64,000 nucleotides of DNA from Eledone cirrhosa. Taxonomy: Eukaryota. Both the position numbers and the translations under genes were made by a program. Location: contig OZ024744.1 in the NCBI GenBank assembly GCA_964016885.1, positions 76,198,001 to 76,262,000 of the forward strand. Reading direction: 5' to 3'. How positions within the stretch are numbered: the first letter of the stretch is position 1; every line of letters starts with the position of its first letter. Under the pieces are notes generated by a model. The model was not told the DNA's origin, searched no databases, and saw only the letters and a program-made list of their open reading frames with translations. This document shows positions 40,092-53,029 of this stretch, one piece after another.

Positions 40092-41784
40092 AACACCGCT
40101 CTGACCTAGATGTAGTGTTAACCTCTCCCCTTCCCCCTTGCTTTCTTCTGTTGCCTAATAGTCCTTGCTCTTTCCATCTTTTTCCTCTCATTTATGACAT
40201 TTATAGTTCTTTCTAATACTGCTTTCTTTTTCTGTATGTTTGATTAAAAATTCTAAATCTACCTATGTATCTAAATTACTACAATAAAGAACTTATATGC
40301 TGCTAGAATCAGAAAAGAATATCAATGTAATATAAAGTATTTTTGATTTTTGGTGAGCTAGTATGTAAAATCAATACATCGATACATCAAGTTCATAGAT
40401 TTTATTACTTTTAAGTACTAATAGTTATAACTAACAAACGCACTAATTTGTTTAATTTTGTTTGTTTTTTATTAATCGTTGTATACACTCACATACACAT
40501 AGTGCAACACACTTGAGCAACAGGTAAAAGAAAGATGGAAGAATCAAAACATTAGATGCAGCAACAAACATTCGTTTAAGAAGATAAGAACATCGCAGAA
40601 CTTACGACGAAAATACTGAGAAATTAAATGTTTAAAAGTTAAGTAAAGCAATGTTTGCTATATTAGGGAATGCAATCGATAATTTTCCAAGTTATAGTGG
40701 GTCAGTCATAACATTAATCTCTAAGCTTCCAGATGAATGGGGGAAATGGAGTGGTGTTTATTTTTAAGCTGGACATAAAGGAGTCAGTTTGTTGGTTATA
40801 CCACCCCTTTGCGTAGATCATTGGCGGTAAGTTCTGTATAGTTTATATGTCTAGCATCCTGTGGATGAATATATCGCAGCTCTATATACAGACCTGTCAA
40901 CTCTCCCCGTCGAACGGGGAGAGTCGACACGTCTGCGAAACTGCGTGGTTCTTGGTCTCATCACATACACATCACTTTGGGCAAGTTAGTGTCTGCAGCT
41001 GACCAATGTTATGACAGTTAAATCTAATAGACGGAGACCCCTTGTATATACATAATATAAGTAAGCTTAAACCGATATAGTGAAACTCTATATACAGACC
41101 TGTCAACTATCTCCGTCAGATGGGGAGATATTCCTCCTACTTTGGGGATGTCTATTTTGTGAAAAGGGGTTTAGCTTTCATTGTGTAAAATCTCACAAAT
41201 TTGCCTCATTTCTCCTCGTTTTGTGGCACTTTTTTTCATGGTACTCGTCGTTTGGGTTTTTAGAGGTTGGCATGTCTATATATACCATGACTTTGGAAAG
41301 ACAAAATCCTTGCAACAGAAAGGAAAATGGCTTCATTTCCGTATTTTTATGTGGCTTGAGAGTGAGACGATGTGTCTTTTCAGTTGTGACGGGGAAGCAG
41401 CTGCAATGATATTATCTAGAAAGAAATGGCTAACTTTAATATCGAAGAGATGCAATAAGGTGACAGTCAAACTAAGAAATGATAATCAGGTGTACAGCTG
41501 AAAAAGGGTGGAATATGATAGACAACAAACAAACAAACATACACACACCCACCCACCCACATATATATATATATGTCTAGCTGTCGACATGGCCGGAGCT
41601 CAGCCGTCGGAGTCCTGACTCTTTCCCCATATATATATATATATATATATAGTAATAATAATAAATTTGAAGACTAAATTCCAAAGAGGGCTCAATAAGG
41701 ATAAATATATATCAAATATATAACAACCGTAGAGCAAATATTTATTAAAATAACAGATTAAAGTTTAAGCAGATCCCGTTAAGG

Positions 41785-41835
41785 AGTTTCAGAAGATCCC
41801 GTTAAGGGTGAAAGCAGCGATTCTTTGCTTAAACT
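41785..41835 (+). ncRNA. Hammerhead-like motif with CAGAAGA core; copies at 55990-56039 (+) and 59466-59516 (-)
   Basis: AGTTT-CAGAAGA-TCCCGTTAAGGGT-GAAA-GCAG(CGATTCT)TTGC-TT-AAACT; all three stems can form. Confidence 0.6.
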
Positions 41836-42002
41836 TTAATCTGTTATTTTAATAAATATATATATATATACAAAATTAAAATTAAGGGTTGTTATGTCTG
41901 AGAGACATGCGCCATATCCACCGTAGAATAAGCTCAAAGATTAGATCCGGCCATTACATATCAACTAGAAATAGATTGACATATATATATAAAAGGAAAC
42001 AA

Positions 42003-42054
<52 letters not shown>

Positions 42055-42165
42055 TAACAGATTAAAGTTTAAGCAAGGAATCGCTGCTATCACCCTTAAC
42101 GGGATATCCTCATCGAGCCCTCTTCGGATTTTAGTCTTCACATTTATTATTATTTTTATTATTAT

Positions 42166-44141
42166 TCTTCTTCAGTCATTGATGTTATTTAACTGGAAAG
42201 TTTGTTGAAATGAATATCAAGCCACTACTTGCAGCCTCAGATATTCATGACGTATCGGAGGGTTCTTGCTGTTCCCAGCAAGTATGCTTTTTGAAGTGTT
42301 CCAAAAAGCGGGGCTGGACTAATCTTCTTTAACCATCCTTGGAAACTTTTTGAGATAGTACCTAGTGCGCCTATGACAATCGGGACGACTTGATTTCATG
42401 GCAGTTCCAAATTCTTTTTAACTCCCACTTTAAATCCTGGTATCGGTTAATTTTCTCCCTCTCATTCTCAAACACTCTCATTTCAAATGGGCAGGCTACA
42501 TCTACAATCAGGCACGATCTTTTTTCCTTGTCCAAAACCACCAGGTCAGGTCTATTGTGTTCCAGTTTCTTGTCCGTCTGTATCCTAAAATCCCACAGCA
42601 CCTTCACCTGATTGTTTTCTATCATCGACTCTGGCTCATGCACACACCACTTCTCAGAATGTGGTAAATTGTTTACTTTGTATAGATGTCAGTGGATCAC
42701 CCTGTCTATCACATCATGTCTCCAGCCTTTATAGTGAGGCTGAGCTAGGTGTTTACACTCTGATACAATGTGAGCCACAATCTCCTCTCTCTCACTCCAC
42801 AGATCCTATACAGTGAGCTAGCCTCCTCCATGTAAATATGGTGTTTCACCCACTTCGTTCTGAGGGCCTGCTCTTGCACAGTCATTAGCATTCCTTCTTT
42901 AGCTTTTTTAAGGTCTCCTCTTTTTAACCAGTTCCATGTCTGCGGATCTCTAAATTCCGTTTTCTTAAAGAAGGTGCTATGAAGGGATTTTTCATGAAGT
43001 TTGCTCTTCCTCTTTGTTGTTATTTCCTCCGTGGACATCCCCTGGTCTATTGTCTTCTCTTTCGGTACAATTTTGAGCATTGGCTCCCTACTGTTAGCCA
43101 CATATTTGTGCAGGCTGTTTGTCTCTATCTGAACACAGCCCTCTATGTTGATAATACCTCTTCCACATTCAGATATCTTTAAGTAGAGTCTATCGACATC
43201 ACTCCTCTTGTGGAACATGTTGTAGATAGTCAATAGCTTCCTAGTCTTCCTATCCATTTCTTTTTATTCAGCAACATTCCATTTCAGAATTCTCGCACCG
43301 TACCTAATAATAGACACAGCTCGGGAATTTACTGCACTTATGACATTCCTACTATTTAGATGTGATTTTAGTATGTTCCTTACTCTCCTTATGTACTCAG
43401 ATCTTATCAATTCCTTCATATTTTTGTTCTTGATGTCATCTGCCTCCAGAACACCTAAATATGTGTATCCCTTTTCAGTGTCAATTTCCTTTATCATCTC
43501 ATCTGTTGGTGCCTGGATTCCGTTGCTTCTGCTCAATTTACCCCTTTTCATCACTAGGACTCCACACTTATTAATACCAAATTCCATACATATATCATTG
43601 CTGAAAATACGGACAGTGTCAACAAGTACATCCAACTATTTCTCACTCTTCCCAAAGAGTTTAAGATCGTCCATGAAGATGAGGTGGTTGATGGTAAGCT
43701 CTCCTCTTCCCAACTTGTATCCTGCTCTCACTTTTCGCAATATGACGGACAGGGGTATCAGGGTAAGGACAAACAACAAAAGGGACAAACTATCTCCCTG
43801 GAAGATACCTCTGTTGATCTTCATGCCTCCCAAGGATTTTCCACCTGATGTTAACTCTGTTTCCCAGAACTTCATTCTTTTGCTTAATAGCTGTCTGATG
43901 TTATCTGCCCCCTTGAATATCTCTAGGCTTTTGGTTATCCAAGAATGAGGAGCCATGTCGAATGTCTTTTTGTAATATATCCATCCCATGGCAAGACCAG
44001 TGTGCCTTCTCTTGCAATTCCTCATTACCATCTTATCAATAAGTAACTGGTCATTTGTACCACGAGATTTCTTTCGGCATCCTTTCTGTTCGTCCGGTAA
44101 CAAGTTGTTTATGTGGAGGTGAGAGTAGATTTCATCAGACA
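42166..44141 (-). mobile_element. R4/Dong-clade non-LTR retrotransposon A (5'-truncated, disrupted)
   Basis: [32 protein letters not shown]-like region, RPDLVV..D restriction-like endonuclease; ends in (TAA)n. Confidence 0.9.
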
Positions 44142-44144
44142 CTA

Positions 44145-44177
<33 letters not shown>

Positions 44178-44178
<1 letters not shown>

Positions 44179-47000
44179 AGTTGCATTTATCTTGCTTTAT
44201 GTTCATACGAGTTATCACCAAGTCACAACCAGTGACCTCAAGAGACAACAAGGTCCGCCATGTTCAAGAAAGAACATACATACACACACATGCATCTTTA
44301 GTGTTTAGACTTGTGATGTACTTATATTGACAGAATCTTCCTTAGTATATGGGCAGTTCCCATTAGTACTATCTTTTGTATTTCTCCTATACGCGGGTTT
44401 CCTGGGATTTGCGATAAGTAGTCATTAGACCCCTTAGGTATCATTCCCAGAGCGCCTACAACCACTGGTATTGTTTTAGTTCTCAATTTCCACATTTTTC
44501 CAGTTCCTATCACCGGTCCTTATACTTGCTCAATTTTTCAAATGTTTTTATAGATACATTCTTGTCTATTGGAACGGACATATCAATTAGCAGGCATACC
44601 CTCTTTTTAAAGTCCTTCAATATTATATCAGGTCTATTTGCATCTATTTTTCGGTCTGTTTGGATGCTAAAGTTCTACAAGATTGAGATGTGATCTTTTT
44701 CAAGTATGGGAGGTGGTTGATGCTCCCACCAATTCTTTTGATGGGGCAGGTCAAAATGCTTACACATTATCCAATGTATGTATTGTGCAGCTCTGTCATG
44801 CCTGTTTAGGTATTCGGTTGGAGCTATAGGACTGCACATTGAAATTATATGGTCAATGGTCTCTGGTTATTTTTTGCATACACGGCATAATGGGCTGCAT
44901 CCATTTTTTATTATGTTGGCTTGGTAATTATTTGTTGGAAGACACTGATCTTGTGCTGATATAATCAGTCCTTGAGTCTCCGATTTCAGTCCAGAGGATG
45001 CTAAACACTGATGGGTTAAAGTTTTGTCAACATCAGGATTGTTAGCTCTTTCTGGGTATTTTCCATACAGAGGCTTTTCTTGCTATTTCTTAGCCAGTTT
45101 CTGTAGCAGTTCTTTCTTTGCAGTTACTTTTACCTGCTTTGCTTTTTCTGTGTTTTTCATTTCAGCAGTAAATGGAACTTCTGAAATGTGTAGTCCATTA
45201 CTGTATCTTTGTGCATCTTTTGTAATGGAATATGATCTTTTGATGTTTTCGTGTTTCAAAACGAGTTTGATCATCCAATCATGTGATTTCCTTAGATATG
45301 TACATAATCCAATTGTTGCAGTTTTCAAAGCAATATCTAACTGGATTAACCCACGTCCTCCTTCTGTCCTAGGGAGATATATTTTATCTGTATCTGCCTT
45401 AGGGTGATTCATTCTGTGCATGGTTAAGAATTTTCTAATTTTTGTATCGAGCCTACGGATCTCTGTTCTTGACCAGTTGATGACATTGTAACTGTAGGTT
45501 ACTACTGGTATGGCAAGCGTATTTATGGCATCGATCCTATTCCTTCCATTCAATTCCGTTCTTAAGATTGCTCTTACTCTGCGGTAAAATTCCTTCCTTA
45601 TCCTTTCCCTCATTGTCAAGTGCTTGATTCCGTCTCCTTCACAAACACCTAGATATTTGTAAGTTTTTTCTTGATCCAGTTCTCCTATGACATTCCCCCC
45701 CGATCAAGATTAATGTCCTGAACTTTTCAGCAGCTTTCCTCTGGTGAACGTTGCTTTTGCACATTTTTCTAGTCCAAACTCCATTTAAATGTTATCGCTG
45801 AACTGCTTCACAGTGGATAATAGCCCTTGCAATTGTTCATCATTTTTTGCAAATAGTTTCAGGTCATCCATGTAGAACAAGTGATTAATGGTTTTATCAT
45901 AGACTCTATATCCATGTTTTGTTTCATTGAGCATTTTACTTAATGGTATAAGCGCGATGCAGAATAAAAGCTGTGATAAAGAGTCACCCTGAAAAATTAT
46001 TCCACAATTAATATTAACTTCTCCAGCTTCCAGTGATTTTGTTTCACTATTCAAAAGGAGTGTCGTTGTCCATGTCTTCATACTGAATGACAGGAACCTC
46101 CTGATAACGGGAGATATTTTGAAAATCTCTAAACATTTTTCAATCCAACTGTGTGGCAAACTATCGAATGCTTTTTTATTATCTATCCAAGCAATTGATA
46201 GATTTTTGTGTCTATTATGACAATCTTCCAGTATCATTTTGTTAACCAAAAGCTGATCCTTACAGCCATATGAGCCTCGTTTACACCCTTTCTGCTCAAT
46301 GGGAAATAGATCACTTGTTATCAGGTGCTCATATGTATATTCAGTTAGGACTGAAGTTAAAATTTTATACATTGTGGTCAAGCAAGTTATCGGTCTGTAA
46401 TTTTGGGGATTGTTTGTCTCATCATTCTTCGGTAGCAGGAATGTAATGCCGTTAACTAGCCATGATGGTATCTTTTCTGGCTCCTTAACTATTTCATTGT
46501 AAAGTTGGGCTAACAGCTCATGAGACTCTGTGAAGGCATTTATCCAAAAATGTTGTATTTTATCTTTTCCTGGGGATTTCCATTTGCTGGTTTTTCTAAG
46601 AGCCAAACGTAACTGTTCAACTGTTATGTTTTCCTATATTTGTTCCTCAAGGTGATCTGTATCTTTCATTTGTCTGTCTATCCATGGGGCATGTATGTTA
46701 TGAACTTTTTCTTCGGCCCAGATCTTTTCCCAGAATTCTTGCACTTCCTCCTTGCGTGGTATTGATTTAACAGTTATTGTTGACTTAGCAATTTTTCTGT
46801 AGAAGTTTCGTTGGTTATTTTTGAACATATTATTGTCCTTATAGAATCTAGATCGTTTTTCAAAGCGCCTTATACGAGCAGCTTTGGCCGACACTTTTTG
46901 CTTGATTATTTCTATCAGCATGTCTATGTCACTTGTTGATTTTATACTATACTTTCTTTTCAATTTTCTAAGTTTAGTTTGTTTAACATGTTCACCTACT
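44178..47000 (-). mobile_element. R4/Dong-clade non-LTR retrotransposon B (5'-truncated, disrupted)
   Basis: WKSPGKD, YRPITCL, EQKGC, FQGDSLS, HLFYMDDLKL, C..C..ETIDHI..C..RHD, RPDI..D, TIPVVVGALG; (TAA)n tail at 44145-44177. Confidence 0.92.
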
Positions 47001-47009
47001 TTATTATTA

Positions 47010-49053
47010 GAGGCGCAGACATGCGCCATTCCCGACAGATCCATCCACGACAACCTCCACCTCATGCGATACATCGTAGAGAGGGTAGCTAAGGAACCTG
47101 GCACGGGTGGGTCCTTGATCAATTTAGATCAGTCGAAAGCTTTCGATAGGGTCGACCATCGTTACCTAGCGGCAGTCCTGAGGGCGGCTGGCTTTGGGCC
47201 CATCTTCAGAGGCTGGATCGCTGCCATGCACAGCGACATCTGCTCTGTGGTGAGAGTGAACGGTCACCTTTCGGAACCGTTCAACATCATGTGCTTGGTC
47301 TGCCAAGGATGTCCACTCTCGTCCCTCTTGTACGTATTGACTCTCGAGCCATTACTGCACAAACTGGAGACGTTGAGGGGCGTCCCGCGCGAACTAGGAT
47401 GCGGAAGATCCGTGTCAGCATATACCGACGATGTCACCGTAGTGGTGTCGAACGCCAAACACATCGAGGCGATCGGCACTACACTAAGAGAATACGAAGC
47501 GGTGACAGGAGCAATGATCAACCAGGAAAAGTCAGTGGGCCTGCAGCTCGGCACCTGGAGAGGCAGGTCCATGCCGTCCAACAGCGTCGTCGGACGCTGG
47601 ACGGACGGACAGTTTAAATTGCTAGGGGTCTGGTTCGGTCCGGACCTCCAGACGGACAAAAACTGGGACGAGGTGACGAGCAGGGTGGCTTCTCTCACCC
47701 AGAAATGGGCGGAGAGGAAGCTATCCCTGAAAGGTCGAGCGGAGGTGGCTAACGCGTACATCGCGTCTGTCATCTGCTACCGCCTGACCGTCGTACCTTG
47801 TTTTAAGCCCCGCCTGACTGCGCTGGAGCGTTTGCTCTTTCGCTTTTCGTGGAAGGGACGCGCTCCGATGGTCAGGCGGTCCATCTGTTGTCAACACCCG
47901 CTACGTGGAGGGCTGGGCATGCCGTGGCTGATGATGCGCAGGCACGCGCTCAGGCTACGACATATCCACCTCTTCCTCGACGGTAATCAGGTGTGGTCGC
48001 CGTTTGTTAGACACGTATTTCACCAGCTCGTTTCCTTGACGGAGCTGCAGTCCTGGGTCAAGCGAAGACCGAGAGGGAGCGCCTGGAGACTGGAATGTCT
48101 TCAGGCGCTCACAGCCCTCGACCAATCGGGCAATGTGATCGGTGGAAACTCCACCTCGGCGTTCTATAGAGGATTAGTGGAGGGGAAGAGCGACGACGTA
48201 CTTGGGGAAACTCTAGGCGTCGACGAAAATCAACTAGCCAATCTCTTCGGAAGAACTTTCGGGCCGGGGCCTATGGACAACTTCCAGAAATCTCTGGCCT
48301 GGCAGTGCTACCGAGGAGCCTTGCCAGTTCGGGATAAACTCTACAGGCATGGAGGTGCCGTTAGCCGGGAATGTCCGAGATGCGCACAGGGCGACGAAAC
48401 CGTCCTGCACGCACTCGTCCGGTGTCCGAAAATTGCTGACTTGTGGGTTTATGTCGAACACCTGCTGTCGCGTTTAGGACGGATCCGGCTATCATCTGAG
48501 TCCATCATGAGGATTGCCCCGCCCTCCTCCTTTAGCCGGGAAGGGCAGGCAGTTTTTATCTGTCTGGTGGCCATGGCGAAAGAGATAGTATGGTGGACAC
48601 GTTTGAAAGGGCTGAAGACGAGCACTTACCTCTTCGGTGATGTTCTGATTGACTTTTTCAAATTTCATTTGAAAAGGAAATTCAGAGTAGAGAGGGAAGT
48701 GCTCTCTTCCCAGCATTTTGTTGAAAGATGGGTGAGAGAGGCAAGAATGGCCCGAGTGAATGGGCCTTCTCTGAGTATATATCTGTAAATTAATGGTGGA
48801 AAACTGGGAGAGGGCACTTGCCTTGGTGGTCAGGGTCATTGTGGCTTTTTACTGGGCTTTCTCCACAAATGTCCCTCGGAAGTCTTCCCCCTATTGGGGA
48901 ATTTTTCTTTGTTATTTTATTTCATCCTCTGTTTTTTTTACACGCAGAAATGCCCATTTGTACCGTCCTGTATTGTCCTGTACTGTCCTGTACTGTCCTT
49001 AATGTCTACTTTATGTAAACCCTTGTGGTTAATAAAGAAAACATTATTATTAT
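47010..49053 (+). mobile_element. Tx1/L1-clade LINE copy 1 (5'-truncated; RT and Cys-rich domain in one frame to 48788)
   Basis: LDQSKAFDRVDH, QGCPLS, YTDD, KLLGVWFG, GGLGMP, CPRC..ETVLHALVRC; AATAAA plus (ATT)n tail. Confidence 0.92.
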
Positions 49054-51674
49054 GCTCTGAGGAACGAGGGAACCAAAGCTGCCCGATGGGCTCGCTTTGC
49101 AGAGACGCAGCGTGGAAATAAAACCACAATTCGGTCTTTGACGGATCGAGATGGACACGAACTGAGCGATTCCAAGCAGATGTGTGAGGCCTTTCGCCAG
49201 CACTTTGCTCGATTGTTCGGGAGGATGGGTGAGTCGGAGACGGCGGCGGACTTCAGTCCCTACCTCGACGGCTTGCCACGCCTCTCGACGGCCGACGCTG
49301 AGCGCTGCGAAGAGCCGATAACATCAGTCGAAATTCAGGACGCCCTTGTCGGCTGCTCGAGTCGCAAGTCACCCGGTTTGGATGGTCTGCCCTACGAGCT
49401 TTACGTAAATATGCCAGACTTGTTCTCCGATCTCCTCGAAGCGCTCTACTGCAACTGGCAGCAGAACGGGAGCATTCCCAGTTCTGTGAGCCGTGGCGTA
49501 GTGACGCTGATAAGGAAAGACGAGAACAAGAGGGACACACTAGATAATTTCAGGCCCATAACCCTGCTCAACACAGAGTTTAAGATTTTGGCCAAGGTGT
49601 TAGCGAAAAGGTTGGCGCTTGTCGTCAAAGATTTGGTTGGGGAGGCGCAAACTTGCGCAATCCCGACCAGGTCCATACACGACAACCTCCACCTCATGCG
49701 ATACATCATAGAGAGGGTTGGGTGCAAACCTGGCTTCGGTGGGGCTCTGATCAATTTAGATCAATCGAAAGCATTCGATAGGGTCGACCATCGGTACTTG
49801 GAGGCTGTCCTCGAGGCGGCTGGCTTCGGCCCCGTCTTCAGAAGCTGGATCGCTGCAATGTACAGCGGCATCTGCTCGGTGGTCAAAGTTAATGGCCACC
49901 TCTCGGAACCGTTTCAGATCTCTCGATCGGTCCGTCAAGGGTGCCCTCTCTCCTCACTTCTGTACGTATTGACTCTTGAGCCTCTACTGCGGAAGCTGGA
50001 ATTGTTGCAGGGCATCCCGCTCGAACCGGGACGCAGAAAGGCTGCGTCCGCTTATGCGGACGACATCACCGTGATGGTGTCGGACACCTCGGAAATCGAG
50101 GTGATCCGCACCCATTTGGAGGAATATGAAAGGTTGACGGGAGCAAAACTTAACCCGGAAAAGTCGGTGGGCTTGCAGCTCGGCACCTGGAGAGGCAAGT
50201 CCATGCCGTCCAACAGCGTCGTTGGGCGCTGGACAGACGGACCGGTAAAGTTGCTCGGGGTTTGGTTCGGACCAGACCTCCAGGTGGATAAGAATTGGGA
50301 CGAGGTGACGAGCAGGATAGCCAACCTCACCCAGAAATGGGCTGAGAGAAAGCTATCACTGAAAGGGCGGGCGGAGGTGGCGAACGCGTACATCGCCTCC
50401 GTCGTCTACTACCGCCTGACCGTCGTGCCTTGCCCCCGTCCACGCCTCGCCAATTTGGAACGGCTCCTTTTCAAATTTTTGTGGAGGGGACGGGTCCCGT
50501 TGGTGAGGCGGTCCATCTGCTGCCAGCACCCTCTTCGTGGAGGGCTGGGCATGCCGTGGCTAATGATGCGCAGACATGCGCTGAGGCTGCGACATCTCCA
50601 GATATTTTGCCTAAACGGTGAACAGGTGTGGTCGCCGTTTGTTAGACGGGCCTTTCCGCAGCTCATCTCTTTGACTGAGCTGCAGTCCTGGGTCAAGAAG
50701 AGACCGAGACTGGGCGACTGGCATCTGGAATGTTGCCAGGCGCTCACTGCACTCTGCAAGGTGGGCAATGCGGTCAGTGGAACTTCCACTCAAGATTTCT
50801 ATAGAGGATTAGTGGAGGGCAAGTGCGATGACGTACTAGGAGAGGTTCTGGGCGTCAACGAAGTAGAACTGACCAGTATGTTACGGAGGACTTTCGAGCC
50901 GGGGACGATGGATAACTTCCAGAAATCCCTCGCTTGGCAGTGCTACCGGGGGGCGCTGCCGGTTCGGGATAAACTCTACAGGCACGGAAGTGCTGTCAGA
51001 CGAACCTGCCCGAGATGCGCGCAGAGCGACGAAACCGTTCTGCACGCACTCGTCCAGTGTCCGTGCATTGCTGACTTGTGGGGTTATGTCGAACAGCTAT
51101 TGTCGCGTGTAGAACGGATCCGGCTATCGTCCGAGTCCATAGTGAAGATTGACCCGCCGCCTTCTTTTGGTCAGGAAGGGCAGGCAATTTTCCTCTGCCT
51201 GGTGGCAGTAGCGAAAGAGGTTGCATGGTGGACCAGGTTGAAAGGACTGAAGACAGACACTTTTCTCTTCGGCCAATCCCTCATCAACTTCTTCAAGTTT
51301 CACTTGGAAAGGAAGGTGAGGGTGGAGAGAGAAGTGCTGCCCCCCAGTACATTTACTGAAAGGTGGGTGAATGTGGCGAGAATGGCCCGCGTGAGTGGGC
51401 CTACTCTGATCATGCGCCTGTAGGCTGGTGAATTCGAGAAGGAGAGGGGTGCCCTTCTCGGGTGCCCTAGGAGCGTCGGGTGGCTCAGGACTGGTTGGGT
51501 GCTTGAGTCAACCCTGTGTGGTGATCCCTCTTATTGGGGAACTTTCATTGTTGTATTTTTATTGTTATTTTGTTTTTTTGTTATTTATACTTACTCGATC
51601 TCTATGTAAACCCCCACTGTCCCTGTCTATTGTGTTGTCCCCTATATGTCGGCCCTTGTGGCCAATAAATGAAA

Positions 51675-51742
<68 letters not shown>
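49054..51742 (+). mobile_element. Tx1/L1-clade LINE copy 2 (5'-truncated, lacks APE); uninterrupted RT frame 49138-51423
   Basis: KSPGLDGLPYE, NFRPITLLN, LDQSKAFDRVDH, RQGCPLS, YADD, CCHC zinc knuckle; long (ATT)n tail at 51676-51742. Confidence 0.95.
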
Positions 51743-51751
<9 letters not shown>

Positions 51752-51790
51752 TTTCCGGGTATGTCAATATTTATTTATAAAACAAATCTG

Positions 51791-51856
51791 TATTTTATCT
51801 GATGAAAGCGCACCATAATTTGCCTATATTGTCCTTGAAATATATATAATAAAATA
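51791..51856 (+). ncRNA. Type-I hammerhead ribozyme (family A), solo pLTR fragment
   Basis: TATTTTAT-CTGATGA-...-GAAA-TATATA-TA-ATAAAATA; stem II partly degraded. Confidence 0.65.
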
Positions 51857-51890
51857 ATTATGGTTTTATAAATAAAGATTCCATTTATTA

Positions 51891-51944
<54 letters not shown>

Positions 51945-51945
<1 letters not shown>

Positions 51946-52989
51946 TAGCAGAAGTACCCGGCGTTTCCCGGGTGTAAGTCTACCTTTGGTCTGTTAGAAT
52001 GTGTGAAAGTTACTTCCCGCGCATCACAGGTTTTAAACTTCGAACTTCAATGAAGAAAAATAGGTTAGTAGTCGCAGGTGTGTAATTTATTAATTGTAGT
52101 TACACAGTGTATCGTTGAATGTGTTCTCTGCACGACTGCCGGAAGTCAAAATCGTTTGATATTGAATGTTCAGTTAATTTAAAGCAGGGTGAAAATGTCG
52201 ATTTTTTTTCAGGGTTTTTTTTTTTTTACAATTTTTGCGCTCACATGTGCAGAAGAAGAATTAAAAGGGCCTTTATCTTAACCGCGGCATAATGGCGAGT
52301 CTTTTGTGACAGCTTTCAAGAATATCGGACGTTCCTGTAAAAAGTTTTCCCATGTGTAACTTTGCTTTGTTTTTTTGCGCAAAGTCGAGCCCCGCTTCAG
52401 TTTTATTGATTTTTTACATTAATGCGTGATCTCTGAAGTAGATTTGAGTAGCTAAAAACCTGTCCCGGTAAATTTGCTATAGGTGAAACAAAGGTGATCA
52501 AAATTGTATCTAGGGTTATTGCCCTTTGCAACAGCCTCAAGCCTCGTCTGACGGGATGTTGGTGATTCCTCCGCCATCGCTTGTTGGCGACGAAGGCGAA
52601 CATCAGCAAGCCTTGTCGTACGTGATGTTGGTGACTCAACCATCCGGGAAAGACGTCTATCAGTGAGTCGAGATTCGCGCTCAACAGGTGTTTCCTGGAG
52701 AAAATTAATTAATTCTACTGGTTAGCTAAGCCAATGGCAGTGTCAATAGTAAATGAGAAAAGTCTAACATGAACAAAAGGGAATCAAGGTAAGACAATAA
52801 ATTTAATATAACTACGATTAGAATGTTGTAGTTGCTTAAAAGTGGTGACAGTTAGGATAAACGCTGTACTTGCTAACATTAAGGGTGAATATTGCATAAA
52901 GGATTAATCAATTGTGAATGAACGCATACCTGAGAACGCCTAATTCGTCGTCTCAAAGCAGTAGCTGGTTCCTTACCACAATTCCTTTG

Positions 52990-53029
<40 letters not shown>

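Noticed and set aside
46884-48788. 634-aa ORF with a hydrophobic N-terminus as a novel membrane-anchored RT
   Set aside because: The first ~42 residues are the antisense of the R4/Dong element fused by chance to a 5'-truncated Tx1 at the ATT junction near 47005.
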